Assembly: GCA_965237675.1 (NCBI GenBank)
Contig: OZ250150.1
Location: forward strand, 2,336,001-2,400,000
Origin: Candidatus Latescibacterota bacterium
GTDB lineage: Bacteria; Latescibacterota; UBA2968; GCA-2709665
Direction of reading: 5' to 3'
Length of the DNA stretch: 64,000 nucleotides
Shown here: positions 9,600-19,059 of the stretch, one piece after another
Numbering within the stretch: position 1 is the stretch's first letter
How the letters are laid out: each line of letters starts with the position of its first letter
Program-made: the position numbers and the translations under genes
Notes under the pieces: model-generated
The model's database searches: none
Told to the model about the DNA's origin: nothing
Seen by the model: only the letters and a program-made list of their open reading frames with translations

Positions 9600-11762
9600 A
9601 TGGAGCGGCTCCAGGGCATTGTGGAGCGGATTACGTTTCAGAGTGAAGAAAGCGGCTACACGGTTGCAAAGCTGCAGCCCGAAGGTTCGGGTGAGGAGGT
9701 CACCGTGGTGGGCACGACGCTTTCGCTGACCGCGGGGGAGTGCGTGGCCCTGGACGGCGAATGGACGGACCACGCCCGTTACGGCCGCCAGTTCAAAATC
9801 GAATCCTACGAAAAGGTATATCCGTCCACAATTCAGGGTATGCGAAAGTACCTGGGTTCGGGGCTGATCAAAGGAATCGGGCCGGTGATGGCCGGACGAA
9901 TCGTGGATCATTTCGGCAAGAAAACGCTGGAAGTGATTGAGAAGGCCTCGAAACGGCTTGTTGAGGTGGAGGGACTGGGCAGGAAGCGCGCGAGGATGAT
10001 TGAGGAAGCATGGAAGGAGCAGCGGGAGATCCACAATGTGATGCTGTTTCTGCAGTCGCACGACGTGGGCACGGGTTTTGCCGTGAAGATCTGGAAGCGG
10101 TACGGGCAGGACGCGGTTTCACTGATCCAGGAGAATCCGTACCGCTTGTCTCGCGACGTCTGGGGCATCGGATTCGCCACCGCCGACCGGATCGCTCAGA
10201 GACTGGGCGTGGAACCCCACTCGGAGCAACGGGTCCTCGCGGGTATCCGCTATGTGCTGGACACCGCGGCGCAATCCGACGGGCACGTCTATCTGCCGGT
10301 GATGGAGTTGATGGATCGGTGCGCGGAGACGCTGGAAGTGTCGCACGAATTGATCGCCCCGTGTATTGACCTGCTACGCGAAACCGAGGAGGTGGTTGTC
10401 GAGGAGGATCGGATCTACATTCCATCCCTTTACTATGCCGAGAAGGGCGTGGCGACGCGCGTCCATCAGTTCTCCAGCATCCGGCGCGTCGAAACGCGCG
10501 ATATCGATGCGGAGATCGCGGCTATCGAGCAACGGGACGGGGTGCGATTCGCCGCGCTGCAGAAGGTTGCACTGGAGAAGGCCCTCTCCCACAACCTGCT
10601 GGTACTTACCGGCGGACCGGGGACTGGCAAGACGACGACCATCAAGGGAATGATCGCGCTCCTGGAGGCGCGGGGCAAGGACGTCGCGCTGGCCGCGCCC
10701 ACCGGCCGGGCCGCAAAACGGATGTCGGAAGCCACGGGCAGGCAGGCCAAGACCATCCACAGGCTGCTCAGGTTCAGTCCCGGTGAGAGGAAATTCGAGA
10801 AGAATTTCGACAATCCGCTGACGTGCGACGCGATTATTGTCGACGAAGTCTCGATGGTGGACGTGGGTTTGATGAACAGTTTGTTGCGGGCGGTCCCGGT
10901 GAGTGCCTCGGTGGTTCTGGTAGGAGACGTGGACCAGTTGCCATCGGTGGGGCCGGGGAATGTATTGAAGGATATCATCGGCTCCGGGGAGGCGGCCGTG
11001 GTGGCGCTCAACGAGATTTTCCGGCAGGCGAGGGAGAGCCGGATTGTGATGAACGCGCACCGGATCCTGGCCGGCGAACTTCCTGAATTGGACAACAGCC
11101 GGGGTTCGGATTTCTTTTTCTCGCAGGTGGAGGATCCGGAGGAGGTGGCGGAGACGGTTTGCGGACTTTGCAAGGACCGGCTCCCTCGCGCCTACGGGGT
11201 GGACGCGATTGACGATATTCAGGTGATGGCGCCGATGTACCGGGGGGAGACCGGTGCGACGAATCTGAATCGCGTGCTCCAGGAGTGCCTGAATCCGGAT
11301 GGTCAGGAGATAATGCGGGGCGGTATCCGGTTCCGGGTGGGCGATAAGGTGATGCAGGTGCGCAACAATTACGATAAAGACGCGTTCAACGGGGATATCG
11401 GGCGGGTTGTCGGGATCGATTCGACGAACCAGGCCCTGGCGGTGAAGTACCCGGAGCGGACCGTGGGTTATCAATTCACCGAGCTGGAGGAGATTATGCC
11501 GGCCTACGCCACCAGTGTGCACAAGAGCCAGGGGTCGGAGTATCCCGTGGTGGTGCTGCCGCTGACCACCCAGCATTATATGATGCTCCAGCGAAATCTG
11601 CTCTACACGGCCGTGACAAGAGCCCGGGATCTGGTCGTGATCGTCGGTACGCGGAAAGCCCTGGCGATCGCCATCAAAAACAACCGGGTAGCGGATCGAT
11701 ACACGTCGCTGCCCCAACGCATCCGGGCGGGGCCGGGAGACTCAGTGGCGCCAGCCGACTGA
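9600..11762 (+). CDS. recD2: ATP-dependent RecD2-like DNA helicase
   Basis: N-terminal OB/HhH region, then GGPGTGKT, APTGRAAK, DEVSM, GDVDQLPSVG, HKSQGSE, LLYTAVTRA. Confidence 0.95.
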   Translation: MERLQGIVERITFQSEESGYTVAKLQPEGSGEEVTVVGTTLSLTAGECVALDGEWTDHARYGRQFKIESYEKVYPSTIQGMRKYLGSGLIKGIGPVMAGRIVDHFGKKTLEVIEKASKRLVEVEGLGRKRARMIEEAWKEQREIHNVMLFLQSHDVGTGFAVKIWKRYGQDAVSLIQENPYRLSRDVWGIGFATADRIAQRLGVEPHSEQRVLAGIRYVLDTAAQSDGHVYLPVMELMDRCAETLEVSHELIAPCIDLLRETEEVVVEEDRIYIPSLYYAEKGVATRVHQFSSIRRVETRDIDAEIAAIEQRDGVRFAALQKVALEKALSHNLLVLTGGPGTGKTTTIKGMIALLEARGKDVALAAPTGRAAKRMSEATGRQAKTIHRLLRFSPGERKFEKNFDNPLTCDAIIVDEVSMVDVGLMNSLLRAVPVSASVVLVGDVDQLPSVGPGNVLKDIIGSGEAAVVALNEIFRQARESRIVMNAHRILAGELPELDNSRGSDFFFSQVEDPEEVAETVCGLCKDRLPRAYGVDAIDDIQVMAPMYRGETGATNLNRVLQECLNPDGQEIMRGGIRFRVGDKVMQVRNNYDKDAFNGDIGRVVGIDSTNQALAVKYPERTVGYQFTELEEIMPAYATSVHKSQGSEYPVVVLPLTTQHYMMLQRNLLYTAVTRARDLVVIVGTRKALAIAIKNNRVADRYTSLPQRIRAGPGDSVAPAD

Positions 11763-11851
11763 AACCGGCGGGGCCATCGCGAATTCGGATCGTTTGTTCC
11801 AGTACTCCCGAAGCCAGCCTGTTTTGGCTTCTCTATCCAAACCACACCCGT

Positions 11852-11878
11852 TGTAGGGGCAACCCTCGTGGTTGCCCT
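11852..11878 (+). repeat. GTAG-type REP palindrome
   Basis: TGTAGGGGCAACCCTCGTGGTTGCCCT. Confidence 0.6.
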
Positions 11879-11974
11879 TGTTCGGTCACCCGCCCACCTC
11901 TCTACATTCCTGATGACAGCCGTCGTCAGGCGGCTTTAGTCCTTCCCGCATTCAGCATTTTGCCGGCGTCTGCC

Positions 11975-12535
11975 TCCGCATCCCGCATGGCCTGGTCCAG
12001 GCCTTCCGACGTCACCTCGCATCGGGGTTGGAGGTAGACGAACACCACTTCCTTGACAACCTTATCCCGCGACTCTGGCTCGAAGTCGAGACTCTGGTTG
12101 ATGCGGACGCTGGCCTTGGTTAAAGGGGACGATTGCTTCAGACGCCCCGGACTCTTCAGGCTTCAAGTAGCAGACTGCGTGCGAAACGGCAATTTTCCGA
12201 CCGGTGACCGGGTCATTCAGTCGTCCAAGGCGTTGAATTTCACGATGGAGACATCAGCGTCGCCGCTTAATGGCAGAGGATGTGCTCTCCGCCATCCTCA
12301 ACATTTGACAAACAAGGTCTTGTTCTGAAGACGCGCGCCAATACACGTACCCTTATGCTCGGAGTCGCCTTCCTGCTGTTCATTACCCCGCGGTCGCCAT
12401 CGTCGCAACCGAACGGCTTTTCGCTGGCTCTGGATCTGGATGGATCCCCGGACAACCAGGCCGTATCCTCGCTTGATGTGCTCCCGGGACAGGTGCTGTC
12501 TGTGCAGATCTTCGGCGTGGATATGCAGAATGCCA
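11975..12535 (+). repeat. Near-identical direct repeat copy 1 (copy 2 at 18498-19059)
   Basis: About 560 bp covering the upstream region and first codons of surface gene A; offset to copy 2 is about 6.52 kb. Confidence 0.9.
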
Positions 12536-14851
12536 ACGGTATTTCTCTCCGTCTCGAATACGACGCCACGCAGGTTGCGTACGCCGGCTTCGACACGGGG
12601 AGCATCTTGCCGAATGCCCATACGCTTGTCGTACAGGATTCGGCTTCGGTCCGGATCGAGGTTTTGTCGCTTACGGGTTCTGCGACGACGAACGCGGGTC
12701 TGGTGGGCACAATTCGTTTTCGCACGACGGCAGGCTTTTCGGACACGGAGATCTGGCTGGCGAGGGCCAACCTGACGCGTGGCGGCCGTTCCGAGACGGT
12801 ATCGCCGGTCCTCGGCGTTGCCCTGCAGGCACCTGCGCTTCCCTCTCCGGACTTCAACGGCAGCGGTGTCGTCGATTTTGCGGACTTCGTACTGTTTCGG
12901 GGGTCTTCGGGTATCGGGAGGGCGATGAGGCGTTCGATGCCAGGTACGATCTGAACATCGACAACGGAATCGGGTTCGAAGATTTCATGATTTTCGCCAG
13001 AAGCTTTGGCGAGGCGGTCAACCGCGCGCCGGTCTTCGCCGCAACGGCGCCTGTGACGCGCTCCGTGTTGGAGAACGCGTCAGGGGGTCAGCCCGTCGGT
13101 GATCCCATTTCCGCCACGGATGCGGACGGCGATGCCCTCAACTACCGGTTGTGGGGCTGGCATGCCGCGAGTTTCGCCATTGATGCGAGTACCGGTCAGC
13201 TACGGACAAGGGATGGGATCGCGTACGATCATGAAGCGAAGGACACGTATACGGTAACTGTACGTGCCAGAGACGGCCAGGGCGGCCGCGCCAGTCTGGG
13301 TGTCAATATCGCCGTCACCGACGTGGACGAACCGCCGGTCGCGCCGCCGCAGCAGTACGTGGTGGTGTACGGCGACGGCGGTGTGACGATCCGCTGGAAT
13401 GCATCGACGGACGAGGCCGGGAAGCCCCCGGTGAGTGGATACGAATTGCAGCGACGTGAAGTGGATAGCGATGAATGGCAGGAAGTGCAGATCCTGGAAA
13501 GCCCCTCGGATACCAGTCTCACCCTCACGGATCTGACCAGCGACGAGACGTATCTGGTGCGTGTGAGGACGCTTAACGAGGATGGTACGAGCGAATGGTC
13601 GGCGCCCATCGTCGTGACGGCGCCGACCTCCGTCCTCCACCGACTCAGCCGCCGTCGCCGCCCCCAGCGGTTTTCAACAATGTCTGCAACCGCACAGCGC
13701 AGGTGCGTGACGCAATCGTCTCGGCAGCTGGAGTAAACACTTGCGGCGAGGTCACGCGGGAACACCTGTCGGCGATCACAGAACTCCAATTGGTCGGAAA
13801 GAAACTCTCGGTGCTGCAGGCCGGCGATTTTTCCGGCCTGTCAGCGCTGCAAACGCTCAACTTGAACTACAACGGCATCGGCAGCCTGCCGACGAATATC
13901 TTTTCCGAACTGTCGGCACTGAAAATGCTCCATCTGAGTGACAACGGCATCAGCAGCATGGACGCGAGACTCTTCTCGAATCTGTCATCACTGGAATGGC
14001 TCAATCTGTCAGGCAACGACACGGCCAACCTGGATGCGGATTTCTTCTCTCACATCCCGGCGCTGACAAGACTCTGGATGGATCGTACCAGACTCAACAG
14101 TCCCGATACGAAACTCTTCTCCAGCCTTTCGCGGTTGAGGCAGCTTACCCTGAGTGGCAACGGAATCAGCAGCCTTGATCCGAGCCTATTCTCCGGCCTG
14201 TCGGCGCTGGAAACACTCTGGCTGCGGGACAACAACCTTACCGTCCTGCCGGCGAATCTCTTCTCAAGCCTCTCAGCTCTGAGAAAGCTCGAAATCAACA
14301 ACAACGAACTCGTCGGCGTGAACGTGGCCGCTTTTTCGGGTCTGGCGGCACTGGAGGAACTTTGGCTGGGTCAGAACAAGCTACATTCAAGCTCCCTGCC
14401 GGCAGGTGTATTCGCGAGCCTGGCAAGGCTCAGGACGCTAGAGTTAAGGAGAAACCAGATCAACAGCCTGCCTGCGGGGATATTCCCCGGACTGACCTCG
14501 CTGACGGAGCTTGACGTTTCCGGCAATCCAACCGACCCCCTGCCCATTACTGTTTCTCTGGAATTGACATCGGCCGGGCAATTCAGGGCCAGTGCGCACT
14601 CCGGCGCGCCCTTCGAGATGACTCTGTCACTCCAGGTGGTCAACGGAACAGTCAGTGGCGGCGCAACCAGCATCGTAATTCCCGCGGGCAGGATCGATAG
14701 CGACGTCCTCACGATAACTCGCACAGCCGGCACCACCGCTGCTGTCACCGTTGACATCGTATCGTTGCCGGCACTGCCGGCAAATTACAGCGGCTTGACG
14801 CTCGCCAGGTCCACCGATCTGCCGCTGCATGTTATCGCCCCGTCGCAATAG
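12280..14851 (+). pseudogene. Surface protein A: signal, cohesin-like, dockerin/EF-hand, cadherin, FN3, about 11 LRRs, C-terminal beta domain; two frameshifts
   Basis: ORFs 12280-12954, 12987-13736 and 13595-14851 join into one protein colinear with paralog B. One base is missing near 12898 and another near 13630. Confidence 0.8.
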
Positions 14852-14981
14852 GCGACACAACACGCTACTGCACGATCCCTGTTGTCGGCCAACAAGAATG
14901 CTCATTGGGTGTACTGACAAGGACGTCGTGGCAGAAGACAATCCCTTATCAAATTAAATTCCTGATATTTATGGTGTTGCA

Positions 14982-15020
14982 GAACAAAAGGGGCGGATAT
15001 GAGATCCGCCCCTTTTGTTC
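14982..15020. terminator. Bidirectional intrinsic terminator
   Basis: GAACAAAAGGGGCGGAT-ATGAG-ATCCGCCCCTTTTGTTC between convergent genes; a degenerate copy lies at 21791-21826. Confidence 0.75.
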
Positions 15021-15107
15021 GTCCAGAAAATGTTGGATTTCGGCTTCGGCGATGAGGCCCGGGCGTAGGATATTTGGATTGCGGCCGGGTCGCCGGCGAG
15101 GGCAGGA

Positions 15108-15140
15108 CCTGCCTGCAGCGCAGGGCACTGCGCAGGCAGG
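15108..15140. mobile_element. 33-bp CCTGCCTG…CAGGCAGG hairpin insertion
   Basis: Absent from the paralogous site near 21919; relatives at 40661-40687 and 45506-45538. Confidence 0.7.
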
Positions 15141-15186
15141 TGCCCTCGATCCGGCAGGTTGCCCTCCTTCTTGGTTGAGGGACCGG

Positions 15187-16269
15187 TCACACACGATACA
15201 TCCGGTAGGGCGTATCGCACGGCTTGCCCCATGCCGTAAGCAGCGCACGCTCTCTGCAAATCGCGACCGTTGAAATCGTCGTACTCATTCTATTAACATC
15301 GCTGTACTGGCAGATCGCCCCCTGCCGGGCGCGGTGGCGGAGGACCTCCTCCATCTGCTCGAAGCGCAACCTGCCGTTCCCGTCCGGCTCGATCCCGGTC
15401 AGAAACCCTTGCCGCGCCCTCGAATTGTCCAGGACCCATTCCTGGCTGTCGGACCCGTGCCGCAGCTTCCCGGAAGCATAGAAATTCGTCGTAAACAGAT
15501 GGCTGTGTCCGTTCAGCCGTTCTACCGCCTTTCCCTCTGCCGACAGTTCGAATACCGCAGCGTCCCCGGCTTCATCCACGACGATGAGGTTCACCCCCGC
15601 GCCCACAAAAGGATGCGCCTCCACAAGATTGACGGCCTCCACCACGGTCGCACACCGTTCCAGCAACAGCCTGCCCAGGAATCCGTCCGTCAGCCCGGGC
15701 TCGAAGTCCACGACCTTGCCGCTCACCGAAGACCCGCCCAGGGCGAGCCCCTTCTCGTTGACCCCCACGTGTCTCCACACCGTCCCCATATGCGTTAATC
15801 CAAGCGAAGCCAGCCCGGTTGAAGGTCGCCAGCACAGCATCGGCACAAAGCGGATGAGAGACGTCTCGGGGTCTCCACAGTCCGTATTCTTTCCCAGAAG
15901 AGGCCCCCGGTCGCTGTTCGGAAACCCGATGCTTGTGCAATGCGTAGCTTCACGTACGGACGCTTCCGCGGAAAGCGTCGTTCCGATACAACTGCACAGA
16001 TTGTGCTTGAAGACATCGTCGAAAGGAACGCCGGAACCCTGGGCGATCCCGGCCATCTCTTCAATCAGCGTCGGTGCGTGATCCCTCAAATAGCCCTCCA
16101 TTCCCTCCTTGATATCCTCAACCCGCGCCGGATCGTGTTTCTTCAGATAGATCTCGGCATACCGCGCCACAATTCGGCTGAACCCGGTCTTGATCAATTC
16201 GCCGTATCTCACGCCGATTTCAAAAGGACTGCCCCCGATCTCCCTGACCTTATAACAAACCGGATTCAT
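15187..16269 (-). CDS. Peptidase C45 / acyl-CoA:6-APA acyltransferase-like Ntn hydrolase
   Basis: GSPFEIG…G, LIEEMAGIAQG, internal H-C-T-S nucleophile site, GKNTD, GVNEKGL, TTNFY. ATG at 16269 follows GGGAGG. Confidence 0.8.
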   Translation of the reverse strand: MNPVCYKVREIGGSPFEIGVRYGELIKTGFSRIVARYAEIYLKKHDPARVEDIKEGMEGYLRDHAPTLIEEMAGIAQGSGVPFDDVFKHNLCSCIGTTLSAEASVREATHCTSIGFPNSDRGPLLGKNTDCGDPETSLIRFVPMLCWRPSTGLASLGLTHMGTVWRHVGVNEKGLALGGSSVSGKVVDFEPGLTDGFLGRLLLERCATVVEAVNLVEAHPFVGAGVNLIVVDEAGDAAVFELSAEGKAVERLNGHSHLFTTNFYASGKLRHGSDSQEWVLDNSRARQGFLTGIEPDGNGRLRFEQMEEVLRHRARQGAICQYSDVNRMSTTISTVAICRERALLTAWGKPCDTPYRMYRV

Positions 16270-16366
16270 CTCATCCTCCCTGTTGTCCTCAAACCCACTG
16301 ATGTACCCTGTGCTCCTGCCCCGGAAGCCGGGCCATGTCCACCAAAATCGTTGCGACCACCGTGAA

Positions 16367-18067
16367 TCAGAGATTGACCCGGACTCCCTCCTTGAAGGCA
16401 GGGACAGATTCCCACCGCTGAACCACACCGTCCCCGTCGTTTTCGAACAGGGCAAGTTCCAGGGAAACGCTCGCCTTTCCACCCAGCCTGAGGCACGCCG
16501 CCCTGCCGTCGGGCGTGGACGCTGCCGCAATCCACGACTCGTCCCTGGCCCGGGTATACTCGGCGGCCTCATCGTGGCTCACCCCCCGGATATCGAATCG
16601 GTCCGTCCGTTGGGACACCAGCGACAGCCACCGATCGATCTCTTCCAGGGTCAGCACACCGAACTTCTGCTCGTGGGTGGTGATCTCCGAAAAGAAGCCG
16701 CTGTCCAGCGCCAGGCGCACCGAGCCGGCCGCCCTGTCCGCGGCCTTGTCCATATCGTTGGTCGGATTGTCCCCGGCCCAGGTCGTACAGCCCGTCAACA
16801 CGTCGGGCTCCACGAGGTGGCGGGGAAGCATGGCACCGATGTTGTACATCTCCGGGTCTTCTGGCACATAGTCATAGTATAGACTGTTGAGACCATAGGG
16901 CCACCAGTTGGGAAAAAGCCGCTCCCACTTCACCTGTCCCAGGTGGTAGGTCGAATAGACAAACGTCCGTCCCCGGGCCTTCAGATAGGGCAGGACGCGT
17001 ACGCCCACCTCGCCCCAGTGAAAAACAGCCCGGCGCGGCGGCCTGAGTCCCCGTTCGTCGTACCACCGGTCCACCCGGTCGAAGTTCTCCTTCAGCTCCG
17101 TGTCGCTGTACTCTCCAATGCCGAAATCGAAAGGAATCAGCTTGTAGTAATCGAAGGCGTGCGCGTCCCAGTCAACCTCCCCGGCCCTGTAACGGGCGCG
17201 CATAAACGGCACCACGTCCTCCGGAACGAGGTCCAGGAAGCAGGAGATCATCGGACGGTAACCGTGCCGGTTCATCACCTCCGTATAGCGGAAATCATGG
17301 CGCCCCCTTCCGTCGTCCACCCGGATGGTCACATAGGGCGGCATCATCTGCGCGACAAACGGCTTGCGCGCCGCCCAGACGATGGCGCGCCAGAAGAAGG
17401 CGTCCAGCCCCATCGCGTGGCCCAGAAACTCCCCGTGCCAGATGCGCGGGGAACAGGCAAACTGCACCGCCCGGCCGTTGCCGCAGACCCCTGCCAACAC
17501 GGCCGGAAACTGGTCCGGCTCGTAGGCCGTACCCGGAACGTTGTGGCGGGAGAAAATGAGCTGGTCTTTGCCCATTGCAGCCTGCGCCAGTTCCACAACG
17601 TGGCGGCCCACCCGTTTGATCTGCGCAACGGTCACGGGTCGCTTCAGCCTGACCAGACTGCCCGCCTGCTGCGTCCAGTTGATAAAATGGTCGTTGCCCC
17701 CGATGCGCAGCAGGTCCGAGGCCATCGGAATCCGGTCCACCTCCAGCCCGAAGAGGCGCAGCAGCGGCGGTTTGTACAGCCGCAACTCACCGTCGAAATT
17801 GACCAGACCCAGCCCGGCTTCCTGAACCCCCGAGGCCAGCAACTCGGTCTCTTCGAACGAAAGGGCGTCGCCCAGGCGGGCCTGGGCGATGACCGCAGCG
17901 GCGCAGTCGTTAAGCAGTTCACGAGTTACCGGACCGGCAGCCAAATCGTGAATCCTGAACGGAAACCCGAAATGCTGCAAAGCTACGAGCACGGTCTGAT
18001 CCACGATGCTCGTATCCGTATAGCTCCCCCGGCTGTCCACCAATACCAGCAGGGCTCGGTTCCCCAT
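16367..18067 (-). CDS. Hypothetical protein with GATase-like N-terminus and possible polysaccharide-deacetylase-like (NodB-like) barrel
   Basis: Long GC-typical ORF with IRVDD and DAHAF motifs; remnants of it occur twice elsewhere in the window. Confidence 0.6.
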   Translation of the reverse strand: MGNRALLVLVDSRGSYTDTSIVDQTVLVALQHFGFPFRIHDLAAGPVTRELLNDCAAAVIAQARLGDALSFEETELLASGVQEAGLGLVNFDGELRLYKPPLLRLFGLEVDRIPMASDLLRIGGNDHFINWTQQAGSLVRLKRPVTVAQIKRVGRHVVELAQAAMGKDQLIFSRHNVPGTAYEPDQFPAVLAGVCGNGRAVQFACSPRIWHGEFLGHAMGLDAFFWRAIVWAARKPFVAQMMPPYVTIRVDDGRGRHDFRYTEVMNRHGYRPMISCFLDLVPEDVVPFMRARYRAGEVDWDAHAFDYYKLIPFDFGIGEYSDTELKENFDRVDRWYDERGLRPPRRAVFHWGEVGVRVLPYLKARGRTFVYSTYHLGQVKWERLFPNWWPYGLNSLYYDYVPEDPEMYNIGAMLPRHLVEPDVLTGCTTWAGDNPTNDMDKAADRAAGSVRLALDSGFFSEITTHEQKFGVLTLEEIDRWLSLVSQRTDRFDIRGVSHDEAAEYTRARDESWIAAASTPDGRAACLRLGGKASVSLELALFENDGDGVVQRWESVPAFKEGVRVNL

Positions 18068-18497
18068 GCTCTCGCGGCGAGGGCGTTGCACCATTTTACG
18101 CGGTGAAAATCCCATCAGACGTCCCCTGGCAGATAGTTCCCATCCTGTTTACGTTGGGAGCCGTTCCCGTAACAACCCTTCGGCACATACCCGGGTCCAA
18201 CCGCTTTTCAGGTACATGGCGCCATCTACAGCGCGACCTTCGGCCGGTCAGAGGGAAATGCTGGCAGACAACATACCACACGAGTCTGTCAGCACAACTG
18301 TTTTCAAGAATCATTGGTACCCCGGAGGGTGCATGAAGACCGTCTTGTCACCTACGCCCCACCGTCGTTACGGCAAATGCCGCGCCAGGGTAACCCGAGA
18401 CACCGAAGCTATTTGTCGATTACGATCACGAGGTTCTTGCCACCTGCTTTGGCGGGGTCAACGCTGAACTGTCCGCAACGACTTCCCGGCCTCCGCT

Positions 18498-19059
18498 TCC
18501 GCATCCCGCATGGCCTGGTTCAGGTCTTCCAGCCTTACATCACGCCGGGGTTGGAGGTAGACGAACACCACTTCCTTGACAACCTTATCCCCGCGACTCT
18601 GGCTCGAAGTCGAGACTCTGGTTGATGCGGACGCTGGCCTTGGTTAAAGGGGACGATTGCTTCAGACGCCCCGGACTCTTCAGGCTTCAAGTAGCAGACT
18701 GCGTGCGAAACGGCAATTTTCCGACCGGTGACCGGGTCATTCAGTCGTCCAAGGCGTTGAATTTCACGATGGAGACATCAGCGTCGCCGCTTAATGGCAG
18801 AGGATGTGCTCTCCGCCATCCTCAACATTTGACAAACAAGGTCTTGTTCTGAAGACGCGCGCCGATACCCGTACCCTTATGTTTGGGGTCGCCTTCCTGC
18901 TGTTCATTACCCCGCGGTCGCCATCGTCGCAACCGAACAGCTTTTCGCTGGCTCTGGATCTGGATGGATCCCCGGACAACCAGGCCGTATCCTCGCTTGA
19001 TGTGCTCCCGGGACAGGTGCTGTCTGTGCAGATTTTCGGCGTGGATATGCAGAATGCCA
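18498..19059 (+). repeat. Near-identical direct repeat copy 2
   Basis: Matches 11975-12535. Confidence 0.9.

Noticed and set aside
12053-12328. Duplicated small ORF (also 18622-18852)
   Set aside because: Its conservation simply reflects the DNA repeat; it has no RBS or protein motif and overlaps the surface-gene start.
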